A stretch of DNA of 64,000 bases from Catajapyx aquilonaris (lineage: Eukaryota), in assembly GCA_000934665.2 (NCBI GenBank), contig JYFJ02000808.1:1-64000 (forward strand). Reading direction: 5' to 3'. The number at the start of each line of letters is the position of its first letter. Position 1 is the first letter of the stretch. Shown here in pieces: positions 13,601 through 24,777 of the stretch. The translations under genes and the position numbers were made by a program. The notes beneath the pieces were generated by a model that did no database searches, had not been told where the DNA came from, and saw only the letters and a list, made by a program, of their open reading frames with translations.

Positions 13601-15322
13601 AAATATGTGGCACTTCACAGCTGTAATGTCGCTCTTAATAATGATTGAGGATTGGAGCGACCAACGTTCGGGCGTAATGCTTTGGTCTGATTTCAATTGG
13701 ATGGAAAAAAATCAGAATTTTTATATATTTCCTTACATATAATTAGGCCAATACGTGACCACGAGAGGGACAGTAGGGCTTTTGTACGCGTTATGGACGT
13801 GACATAATTAAGACAGCCTTACAGGAACGGGTTTACTACATAATATATGAAATTCCTGCGAATTATACGTATGAGGTTGACACTTTCTTACGCAGGGTCC
13901 ATTGCCAGAACAGTGTTTTCATGTGACGAATTGACTCGTAGAGCAATATACAGTATTTTCTCCTACGATAAAATTTTTCCAATCCCTGCTGCCATGTTGA
14001 CATTATCTTGGAATTGTTCAAATGCTAAGCCCAACTTCATGGATCAGCTTCATCAATCAAGTTACACGTTGATACGTCAAGGCCACCAGGAGCTAAACAA
14101 AAACTTGGAGCACCAAATACAAGTAATTTGGGTTTGTGGATAAAGATGTCGTCATTGGAAGTGAAGTGAGTTCCCAGGCAAAAGCAGTGAACACATGTGT
14201 CGAATATGACTGCCAAGAGCCCAAGACAACAACACCGCAGCTATAGTTGTCATTTCTGAGATGTTTCTGATGCATCTGACATCGGGCTAGAAGGACATCT
14301 CTGATCATTTCTTCGGATTATTACCGAAGTAATGCTACACTCAGGTAAGGTTTATGGTGCGATTACAGCAGTTCAAGCCAGACTTGTGTACAATACACGA
14401 TGCTTGTAGTTTATTATTGTGTTGAATTTGACTAAGGGAAAGTGGGTAAATATAGGCCAAGACCATCACAGTTGCATAATTATATTAATACGCATTCTGT
14501 TGAAAATTAATTACTGCACTTATCCTACAACATGCTCCATCGACAGACAGGCGCTTACATCGCGAAATTCTCCAATGTAGTACGTACGGTACGTATACAG
14601 TATTAGCAAGCTGATGAAAGGATTAAGTCGTGCAAATTTTTTGTCGTAGCCAAGCTTCCCTTAGCTTTTTGTAATAGGCAACCTGCAATACTCTTGTCAT
14701 GAAACTAGCGCCAAAACGGCCTTGTCCGTAACTGCTTGAAAGACCTAATCCTATACTATATACCTTTTGTTCATTTTGGCCTCAGGTCGGGAAAGCATTC
14801 CAAACTTGTCGCCGCCCCGTCCCTCCCCATGCAACCATACCCGTATAGCCCTATCAGTCTTTTCATCAGTCAGAACTCAGGATAGGCCAGAGCCCAGTCG
14901 AGCCCAGTTGCCCCTTTCGTGCGTTTCCAACTTCCGGAAGAAATTCTCATGGCCAATGATTTCCTTCCAGAGTTCAGGGAATTTCTTACCTTTGGTTTCT
15001 TTGCTACACTATATCAGTAGTCTTAAAATCATGTATATATACTCTAATGTGAAGATATTTCGATACAGCTCCATATCCTTGGACCGTAGCACTTGTTTTT
15101 GTGATTGTTGTTGTTCATGATGATGAAGAAGGCACTCATATGATAATATATTGGCCAACAATATGACTTAAGAGTTCTCTAATCAGCGAAAAGCGCTATG
15201 CGTTGACTATACATATTTTAGGCACGAATTTTGCGAGATTTTTCAGTCTTCCTCTTGTCTTTCCCGGCTACGATAACCAGCAATAACAGACTCTCTCTCA
15301 GCACTCATGTAGGCTATACCGT

Positions 15323-15725
15323 ATGGATAAGTTGCTTCAGGTGTACATCACTGACGTGAAGGCTGCCGTACTGAAGCAGCTGCCGTACTACATCTACACC
15401 GGTGAGCAACCCCCACTGCTCCAGACCTTCCCCGAAGAGATGTTGATGGTGCCCGACAAGTACGACCTCCCTTTGCTCAAGACTTATACTATACGAGAAC
15501 CACCTCCAGACCCTCCTGACCGACAGCAACATAATTATGCCACTACCTGTCCTTAGCGTACGAGCACCATGCACCAATCCTGGAGTGTGCATCCAGTTCA
15601 TGTCAGACCACTACGAGACCATCACCAAGCACAGCCACTGGACCGAACAAGCCTCGCATCTGCCAGCAGCCGTGCTTGTGGACCTGCTCAAGTGCATGAA
15701 TCCGGACCGACCGGAACCGACATAA
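15323..15725 (+). pseudogene. Frameshifted SPOP/roadkill-like BTB-BACK fragment
   Basis: YITDVKAAVLKQLPYYIYTGE...EEMLMVPDKYDLPLLK matches the second half of SPOP-type BTB domains. After a frameshift near 15490 it continues YENHLQTLLTDSN...CIQFMSDHYETITKHSHW, resembling the BACK helices. No N-terminal BTB/MATH part and no introns seen. Confidence 0.72.
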
Positions 15726-16520
15726 CGTGGCCATAGAGACTTCGCCTAAGGCCTATGCTGGCTGCCAGCGTTGCATCGACATATTAGAGGAGAGCCAGTA
15801 AAAATAAAGAGGCTACCGATAATGGTGTTTCTATGCCGCTAATATTGTGTAAATAAATTGGAGGGGGGGGATTTCCAGGCCGTGCAGTTATTAGGATTTT
15901 CCACGTCATGAAGAGTGTGCAGTACTTGGATTTTCCATGTCATACAGAGAGTGCAAATAAAGCCAGTGTTGTGGAAATTGCTTGGGAGCCAATTCGGGGA
16001 CAATGAGCCATGGGGCAAATATGGCGCCACAAACTGGGGGGATGGTGGGAGGGGAAAGCGTCGGGGGGGAGAGGGGGGCTGCTCTCCATTGTAGCGGCTC
16101 ACGAACTGTCCAGAGAACTGTCGCAGCAATGGATGTGTGGCAAGAGGCACTAATCCCCGCAATCCAAAGCTGTCACCTTGTGAAGGGGAGGATCCGCTTC
16201 GCAAGTGCAGCCGACGGTATGAAGCGAAATGTTTTTGTTTTGCTCTCTCTCTCTCTCTTGCTCGGCCCAACAGTTTTCCTTAAGTACCGCACTACAACTC
16301 CACTGAGGGAAGTACCCTAGTGCTGACACCATGTAAAGAACGTGCAGGAGAGTCGATTATCCAAAACAAGTTTCCGTACTCTCAGTAGTCTAAAAGTGGG
16401 TTAGGTAGCCCCTAGCCGTGACATACATATGTACAAACTTTCCCATCCATTCACACTGTAAGAGATATCCAGGGTATGAGGGTTTTTAGGAAAGAGCCAA
16501 AACAACTATGGCTATCTGGC

Positions 16521-16829
16521 TATCTGCCGTCCCAAGGAGAAACACCCTAACTGCAAAACTAGTAAGGGTGAAAGTCGCGTGCATGTCCTGCACTAATCCC
16601 CCTTCGTTTCTGTCTCCATCTGTCCCACCCTTGCATCTTCTTATAGCTGCCGTCACTAGGAGAAACACCTTAACTGAAAATCAAGTAAGGGTGAAAGTCG
16701 CGTGCATGTCCTGCACTAATCCCCCTTGACTCAGGAGCGATTAGTGAAGGACATGCACGCGACTTTCACCCTTACTAGATTTTCAGTTAAGGTGTTTCTC
16801 CTAGTGACGGCAGCTATAAGAAGATGCAA
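16521..16829. repeat. ~85-100-bp unit present twice in tandem, then once inverted
   Basis: CTGCCGTC...GGAGAAACACC...GTAAGGGTGAAAGTCGCGTGCATGTCCTGCACTAATC at ~16521-16605 and ~16631-16728; reverse complement at ~16739-16829. Confidence 0.85.
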
Positions 16830-18735
16830 AGAAACGAAGAGGAAAATGAAGATAGGAAAAACTGGTATCTCTCTATATAGTTGGTCTACTGGTAGGGCCA
16901 CCCTATAGTCGGACAGGTCTTTGAGATCGGAGACATACTATAGACTCTAGTATGTCTCCGATCTCAAATACCAGTATAGACGAAGCTATACCGCCGGCAT
17001 AGCTCTTGAGGTCACTAAAGAAACTCAAGCCTCACAACCACGACAATATGAAGATACATTGCGGGGTGTAGATGAGATGCCTTTTAAAAAATCTATCCAG
17101 GACCCAGAAGTGTCCGGATATTAAGACATAACAGACCATTAGCCTGCGTTACTGTTACTATAGTGTAAGTGTAGAGCACAATACGGTCCACTAAAGACCC
17201 TGAACTTTCCTCAAACCGCAGCCTGCTGGACTTAAATCCATTCTTCCAGCTCCTTTTTGCCTTATCCATTTCAATAAGAGAAGTCGGATTGTGCCGCATT
17301 TCTGTGGGCCGTGCATTTTGCCTATAGAACCGATTTCCATGTGAAATGGAGGAAAACCAGGAACAGGGGGGGACGGTAGGCCGCAGCAGTGTTATTATGT
17401 GCATTCTAATGGCGGTGTCGGCAGTCCCTGGGTGGCAGCTTCATTAGAATAACGAGGCTTTAGTATGAAGAGGGAGTCTGGGTGAGGAGAGGGGAGAGAG
17501 GGACAGGGAGGGGGGGGGGAAGACTCAAGCCGTAGATTTATCGGTTTGGATTCGGCAAAAAGGAGAGTAAGGGAGGGGGGGGGGGTTCCCCGCTACACAT
17601 AGGTCGATAACTGATCCCTTTCTAAAACCTTTCTTCGCCGGGTCCTGTGTCAAGAGCGGGGCGTGCTCCAAGAGAAACCAAAGACTGAAAGGTATTTAGA
17701 ATAAGAATAGGGAGATTCGTGCATCTCCCCCCTCCTTCCCCCCCTCCCCTCCCACCCACCCTTACCCAACTTAACCCCCGGTGGGCTTTTCCAATGGAGA
17801 TTGTTATTCTGTACCGTGGAAGTGCGGGGAAATCCTGCCCTCCCTTGGTTTTTTCTTGTATTCTGTATTCTCAAGGCGTTATGGATACGTGAGAGAACCT
17901 GGATTTTCGCGCTTGTGGACCCGCATCTATTATGTCGTCTCGATTCTCTCGCGATTTTTTTTTTGTTTTATTTTAGCTCCCCGAGTATACCTAACCCTAC
18001 AAGTAAAAAGTAACTGAATCAGAATGGCCGCGGATTTGTTCCGACGGCAGGAAGGGGGCGCAGACTGCATCGCCCTGCTGGAGATAAAAGTGATGTAACT
18101 GTCTCTCGCGGTTGGAAGAGCGCAGGGCATGAACCAGACGTTTAATTCTATTTCATGTCATAATAATTTGTATTTATGGGGGTTTAAATGGCTGTTCAAA
18201 TGTCTTTTTCAGCAGGTGACTTCAGGATATTTGTTACTGTCATCAGCTCTATTTCCTATACATACTGTATATACAATAATTCGAAGTCAAGTCGCTATTA
18301 ACCTCATGGACAAATCTATAAACTCTAGGGCAGTGACAATCCATGTCAGAAATACCAAGCTCATTTAGAGAATGCAATATCTTCATTGCAAATGAACTGC
18401 GGAAGTGATGTATTCGCAAGGCATTGTAATTCATTGGATGAGGATATGGTACACCCTGATTGCTGTATATTTTGCACCACTGATGAGCCAGGTATAGGCT
18501 ACTAATCTGCAATAATGTTTCACTGCCATTTATATATTGTGTCATCGGCCTTTCAGTCGCAACAATCAAGGAGGCTCTTTGGTGGACTAGAGAGGTAGCC
18601 CAAGCACAACTGACATAATTAGTGGAACACCAGCAGATGTTGACAGTATTTATGGAGTGCAATGTAAGTGGTCCTTACGTGTATAAAATGTAAAGAAGCC
18701 GAACACATATTCATCTGAGATGTGACCTGGGAATT

Positions 18736-19084
18736 TTGAATTAATAATTATAATAATTTGGTGTAGGCGTACCCCTATCGGGGTTTTGCCGGACCTTTAT
18801 TATTAAACATCAACTACAACTGGTTCCTATTTGTATAGCGCCCGGGCCCACGGGCAGGAAGGGATGACAGGAGGGGATGTGCAAGTGCAGTGCCTTGTCC
18901 GCATGTGGTCGTTTTGTGAGCTCCCCTGGGTGGATTAGTCTGTGGATATTCCACCCGAGACGAAGTCAGAGACGATACTTTACTCTGCACGAGATGAAGG
19001 GGGTGTCCCCGGGCCGGGATCGAACCCGGGACCTTAACATCCGTGGGCGCGAACGTTACCGCCGGTTGCGCCACTTCGCCTCCC
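18736..19084 (-). mobile_element. tRNA-derived SINE with 15-bp TSD
   Basis: Minus strand A box TGGCGCAACCGG and B box GGTTCGATCCC; AT-rich tail; direct repeat TGTGACCTGGGAATT at 18721-18735 and 19085-19099. Confidence 0.8.
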
Positions 19085-22000
19085 TGTGACCTGGGAATTA
19101 ATATCATCCTGACTCAATGATGAGCTAAATCCAAAAAGCAATGTATGGAAACTTATTAATCCCCTACATAGCTTCTCATTTGGGAACAAAAATGTCCAAG
19201 GGCAACAGACATACATCATGCATGTATAGCCGAGTTTTTAAACAAAGTCTCGGGTGTGAAAGTGAATTTCCCCATCGTGTGACTTTTTGATTATGGGATA
19301 TTTTTCTCCTTGTTGACAGTATGTGGCCAACACAGGACAAGTAAAAAATAAATAAAGCTGGAAAGAAAAGAAAGCTGCGAAGTACTTATATCCATGCAAT
19401 GCAAGCGTATAACCGACTGGTCTCTCAGCATCCTTTTTTAAAATATAAATATTTCCATTTGAATGTATAACACAGACTGAAATGACCTACTCTCATATAG
19501 CTCTATAAGTCTATACACTGTGGTGGTCTCCCAGATCTTGCGCAAACCCTTATTTTGCGCATCCACTCTAAACACAAGTACTAATCATAATACAAGGCGA
19601 CAGATTAATTTGAGTTGTTTTTCACCCATGACGTTCACTGCAGTTGCTTTGTGTGCCGAGCAAGGGCTGCAGTTCCACCTTCCACACTACGTCAATTATT
19701 AACCGAGGCGTACGACCGCGCCAGCATGTTGCAGCCGTCCAATTGTTCATTTTGGTCCGGGCTTAAATTGTTGGTAAATTACAGTGCCACACATCACAAA
19801 TAATGACTAGTGAAAAGGAGCGTTTTTGACTTGATGAATGCGAAAGCTTATGCAAAGTGACAATTGTCTAGGACCATATATTACCCCCTCCTATGCTATA
19901 CAGCGCTGTAAGGTCCTACCGCACACACACAAAAATGTGAAAATGCATCATGAAATAGGCGTGGGAATTTTCAGCTGTCAGCTAAAGACTTTGCCTATAT
20001 ATAGGGCCAAAATGTAGTCTAGAAAGTGGAGAGGTATAGAGATACTTCGGTGCACGTTATAGGCCCATCGGCTCCTGATCCATCGAACGTGACCGAGGTA
20101 ATTAATTCCATCGATGGGCCCCCCAATTAACGCCACTCTGACGGGAACAACCGGGTTTAAGCCCTCCCTTCGCAGCGTCGTGCGTGGATTGCCATAAATT
20201 TGAGGTGGTGTTTCCTGAGAACCGGGGGATAAATTTCGCATTTTCATATTCTACCCTCTCGGTATATACTCGTGCCTTGGCTTTTCTCTCTCAGCAGGGT
20301 TTGATGAGAAAGCAAGGTCAACAGGTCACACTAATGTTTCAAGTTTAAAAAGGCAATTATGGAAGCTAATTTTTGTAATGAATTGTCTCTGAAATTTTAT
20401 GCAAATTTGCAGATGAATTCTTCAAACCCAGCAGGACATGGGGTAGGCCTATGTTTATTCCAGGAGGAAGTGAGGGCAGAAGTTACCGCTCTAACAATCC
20501 ACAAGTCAGAATATTATATTAGAAGCATGAGAATATTTTTATAGGCCTACATTTAAAATTAAATTGGTGATTTTGAAAAGGGCAAGACTCAATGCCCTTT
20601 TTCAAGTGAATATTGCCCTTTTCAAAATGACCGATTCAATTGTCGAGCAACTTTGCAACCCACGTCGTCATTGGCTATAATTATAGGCTAATTATAGCCT
20701 CTGACCCCACTTCCGGCGCAACACCAAGTTTGATAACCTGTAGCATAATTTCAGTCTAAAAATAATTGAAAGCCTTACGGTAAGGCTGCATCACTGAAAC
20801 CTTTACAAATATAACTTACAGTATTAATTTTAATTTTAAATTTGACAAAGACATCAAAAATGTAACAAATATATAAAAAAATATCGAGTGCAAACTAAAT
20901 AGATAAAGAAAAAAAGACAACGCAAAAAGGGGGGAAATGAAGCCAGACCGGGGTCCGAACCTACGACCTTGTGATCTACATGCAGGCGACCGCACTAAAC
21001 CAGTATGTGATACTTCAGCTATACTAATAGATGTATAAACAACAATAAATAATATATGAAATTATTTACTATAGGTGCATAAAATTTCGGCAGGTAATGT
21101 ACAGTAATTTTTCTGAATTATGAATTATATGGCATCTGGATTTTTATCACGTGTGCATATTTTTGCGCAATAATTTTTGGTGCAGGTGACTCTTGCATTA
21201 CAAGCAATTAATAGCTCAACATTTTACATCAGTTGGAGCATTCACCTATTCTTCAAGCCTCCAAAAAAAATCGATTACAAATTCACTTGGAAAATCCCTC
21301 CGATTTTCCCTAAATTCTCCATTTGCTCCTCCCGCTTTATTTCCGCCGTCATAATCGCTACAGGTATAAGTTGTGCCGGAACATTAAATCCGGTTGGCCC
21401 GAATCACCCGGAAAATTGGGAGGAAGAGAAAAAGGAGGATGGTGGGGCAGGGGGGGGGGGTTTGCCTCCCCCTTGTATAAAAGTAGGGGAGTGAAAATGG
21501 GGGGGGCAGGGCAGAGAGTAGGGGGGAAATCATCACCAATTTGCGTCCTCATAGATCAAGCCTGCGTCGGAGGCTGAGAAAAAGGAAACCGCAGGACCCA
21601 GGGGCGGCCCCTCCCGCCCCCACAGAAAACAGAGTCTCTTATTTCCTTTTCTCTTTTCGGTTGGGGGGAAAGGGGCAGTGGGAAGAGGAGGAGGAGGGGA
21701 ACCTCCCCAATCCCATCAGTGGGGACCCAATTAGTGCGCATTGCCAAAGCGATTCTGATTGCATCCGCTGGAACACGTCGCTAAAAGCATTACACTCTAA
21801 TCACGAGTCTCGGGAGAGGACGAGGGGAGAGGCGGGGAATGGCGGAAGGAAGGGAGCCGTTTACTGGGGAGGATGGGGAGGTTCAATCCGGACCTCTCTT
21901 TTTTTTTTTTTTTTTGTAAGCACATAANAGCACATAAAGTTAGAATATTTTGGAGATTGTGTGATCAGGTGTTGGGAAGGTCGAGGGAATGGGAGGATTG

Positions 22001-22324
22001 GGGATGAGGGAGGGCTCAAGAGGTTGTCGACACAAGTGGATGGACTTGACCTGTCCGAGAGATGGTGGCTATATAGCCAGTTCTCTGGAGTCTTAATGGT
22101 CAAATAGGGAGAAAGTGTGGATAAACATTAGATAGGTGGTATAGCCGTTAGTGAAGGTAGAGAGAGAAACAGGGGGAAATATGTCGAAAAATTTTTAATG
22201 ACGTGTCGGGTTGTCTTAACGATATTACAGATAAAATCGTTAATTATGTCTGAACACCTACGCATAATCTGAGATTTTCCTTAATTTGGTTTCATGTAAC
22301 AGGCGCTAACACAATGCATTATTT

Positions 22325-23519
22325 GAGGAGGTTGCCAGCAAAACCAGTTCAATCCACTCCGGGTCGAAAATAATCTGGACACGCTGGAGGCATGTTCCAG
22401 GCAATGCCTTTCTATTGACATGAAGTTGCAAGTGAAACCAGACATTTACACCGAATGCGAGCCATGGGAAAATTGCCCTTTCAAGCAGACCCAGCTCTAT
22501 CCGAAGGTGGCTTCCAAGCAAAAGCAGTTCAATCCAAAATCCAGCAACCCCACTCTGCAAAGATGGCGGGCCCCATACCGGAGGAGGGTGCAGGGGATGC
22601 GGACGGTTTGGAAGGCACAATTGCTGTGGCTGATGCAAATAAGGGGACCAGAAAACGACAACAACGGTGGGCCAGTGATGAGCGGAAAAAGAAGGAGGCC
22701 AGATACGCAGTCGACCCACAGCTTCCCAGCCCAAAAAAGGTGACCTGCGACCACCTAGCAGGTGCGGCGAACACTGTGTACCAGTGCTGTGAACTTCTAG
22801 GGAGTGACATTGACCAATTTCGGGAAAATCTCTTCCAATATCCTGACAAAATTCGGCAGGACAACTTCATCCTGATGCACTGCAGTGGCGTTGATGTACG
22901 GCGGAGGCGTGCAGATGACCCCAAGCGTTCGCGAGTGTGTCGTACTACAGAATACAGTGTGGCCAAAATTTCTGGGAGAAAGGTACGCGTGTGCAAAAAC
23001 ACATTCTTGGATATTATCGCACCAATAAATTGGTCGCAACAGGTTGGCTGGGATCATTGCACGACATCACCGTCATTGTCAAGCTGCTGCAAACTGCCTA
23101 TGGGGAAGATTGGACCAAACCTGGTCACTGTGCCTTCAGAAGATGATTTTGCCAGGAGGCCTTCAGATGAGTGTCAATGTGGTGAAGACGATGTGGGAGT
23201 ATCAATTTAGGTTCCTTTGTCAATTACTTTCATTGTATATTTGTGAAAAATAAAGATAATGCCATGATTTTCATGCACAATCAGCTCTATCCATGATTTG
23301 CACACAAAACCAGTTCTATCCATTTTTAACAATGCCCTACCTCAACAATCACCATACATTGAAGTAAAACAATTGTGTCTACATGATGGCAACCCCTATA
23401 GCATACTGCCCATGACAACTTCACTGCCACTTTTGCCACCAGCATTGAGTAATCACTTATTGGCTCCTCCTGAAAAATTGCAAATTGTGGATTGAACTGG
23501 TTTTGCTGGCAAGCTCCTC
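22325..23519 (+). mobile_element. Internally deleted Sola-superfamily DNA transposon (1195 bp)
   Basis: ~33-bp TIRs GAGGAGGTTGCCAGCAAAACCAGTTCAATCCAC / GTGGATTGAACTGGTTTTGCTGGCAAGCTCCTC; 4-bp TSD ATTT (22321-24, 23520-23); GAG...CTC termini. ORF 22455-23210 contains QDNFIL...RRRR...TEYSV...KVRVCKNTFLDII; a different frame carries a C-terminal-like KLLQTAYGEDW. No DDD core seen. Confidence 0.75.
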
Positions 23520-24686
23520 ATTTATCATTATAAAGCAGTGTGTTGAGTACAATCTCTATTAAGCCTATGGAAACTGACGTGTGGTGCAGCACTGATCAAC
23601 TGTCATACGAAGAACACCGATTGTGATCTTGATATACCGTATAGTTGGCAAGAGATCCGAAATCACTTGCTTGTTTACCCCTGGCACATATTCCCTCCCG
23701 CACAACAAGAGAGTCCCTTGGATTGCCTATCCGCCAGGATGTAAATTCCTTTGAACCAACCCCGAGGGCCTTCCATGGAAATGAATTAATTCCGAAGCCT
23801 CCAATTTTATAGACACAAGCCCTCCCCACCTTTATAGACAAGGGTTTAGGAGTAGGTACGGAAGATTATCCGGATATTTCCTGCCTCTTTAGGAAGTGAA
23901 GTATTCCTCCCTCCTCCTCCTCCCTTCCCCAATTCCTCCCTGCTCCATTCCCCCCCTCAACCAGCATGGTGGCTGCGCACGCCCAAAACACACGCCCGAT
24001 TTTCTCCTCCCTAAACACTGAAAGCAGGACCGGTATTGGCTAACTTCACCTCTCCCTACCCTCCCTTCAGCTTCCCTATCTCCCCCCCCCTTCCCCTCTC
24101 TCTCCATAAAACCTTCTCTTGCCAACTTCTGGGAAATGGCCGTCGTAGAGGATATGGGGAGGGGTGTTTGTGAGAGGGAGGGGGGAGTAAGATAGCCCCT
24201 CGTCAAATTCCTCCTCCTCCCTTGCCCCACTTGGCTTCTGATATTACCCGGCCGCCCATCAATCCCTATCTGAATTGACAGCTTCATAAGCACGGATAAA
24301 AGCTCATTTTGGTCCATCCCCGTTGACTGATGAAGGGGAAAATAGCCCCCAAGACCGCCCTGATTTCCCTCACGCTGTTCAGCATCCCCCCCCCCCTATA
24401 GTATTCCCACCCTTTTCCCCTACGTACATTGTCATACACCACCCACTTTCACCCTCAAGTGCGATCTAGCAATATTAGGATTAATTACTGGCAATATTAG
24501 TATCCTGCATCAGGTGGTCAGTGACCGATGTCTCATGAAACATGCGTCCTTTTTTCTCCATGGCTCGTCCTCGTGTCTGTCCCAATAAACCAAACCAAAT
24601 CAAATATTTTCAATAGGCCCTACTATAGCATGACCCACCCCTCTCTCTTGAACTGGGAAGTTGAGCAAGACGTGCACAACATACTA

Positions 24687-24777
24687 CAGGGTGGCCCTCA
24701 AGTCTGGACACATTGTTGGTTGACAACTGGCAACCTGACAGCCATCAACGTATATGTCCAGATTTAAGGTCACCCTG
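24687..24777. mobile_element. Small Tc1/mariner MITE
   Basis: TA|CAGGGTGGCCCTCAAGTCTGGACA ... TGTCCAGATTTAAGGTCACCCTG|TA. Confidence 0.7.

Noticed and set aside
16674..16712. Hammerhead ribozyme in the repeat unit (CTGAAAA...GAAA)
   Set aside because: The core is CUGAAAA rather than CUGANGA, and there is no convincing stem II or III.
18249..18662. Tyrosine-recombinase motif in the minus ORF (LRIHHFRSSFA)
   Set aside because: Isolated HxxR without box I or a downstream catalytic Tyr context; the plus strand looks more exon-like.
20940..21005. tRNA gene on the minus strand
   Set aside because: A B-box-like GGTTCGGACCC is present but the acceptor and D stems do not form; probably a SINE or tRNA relic.
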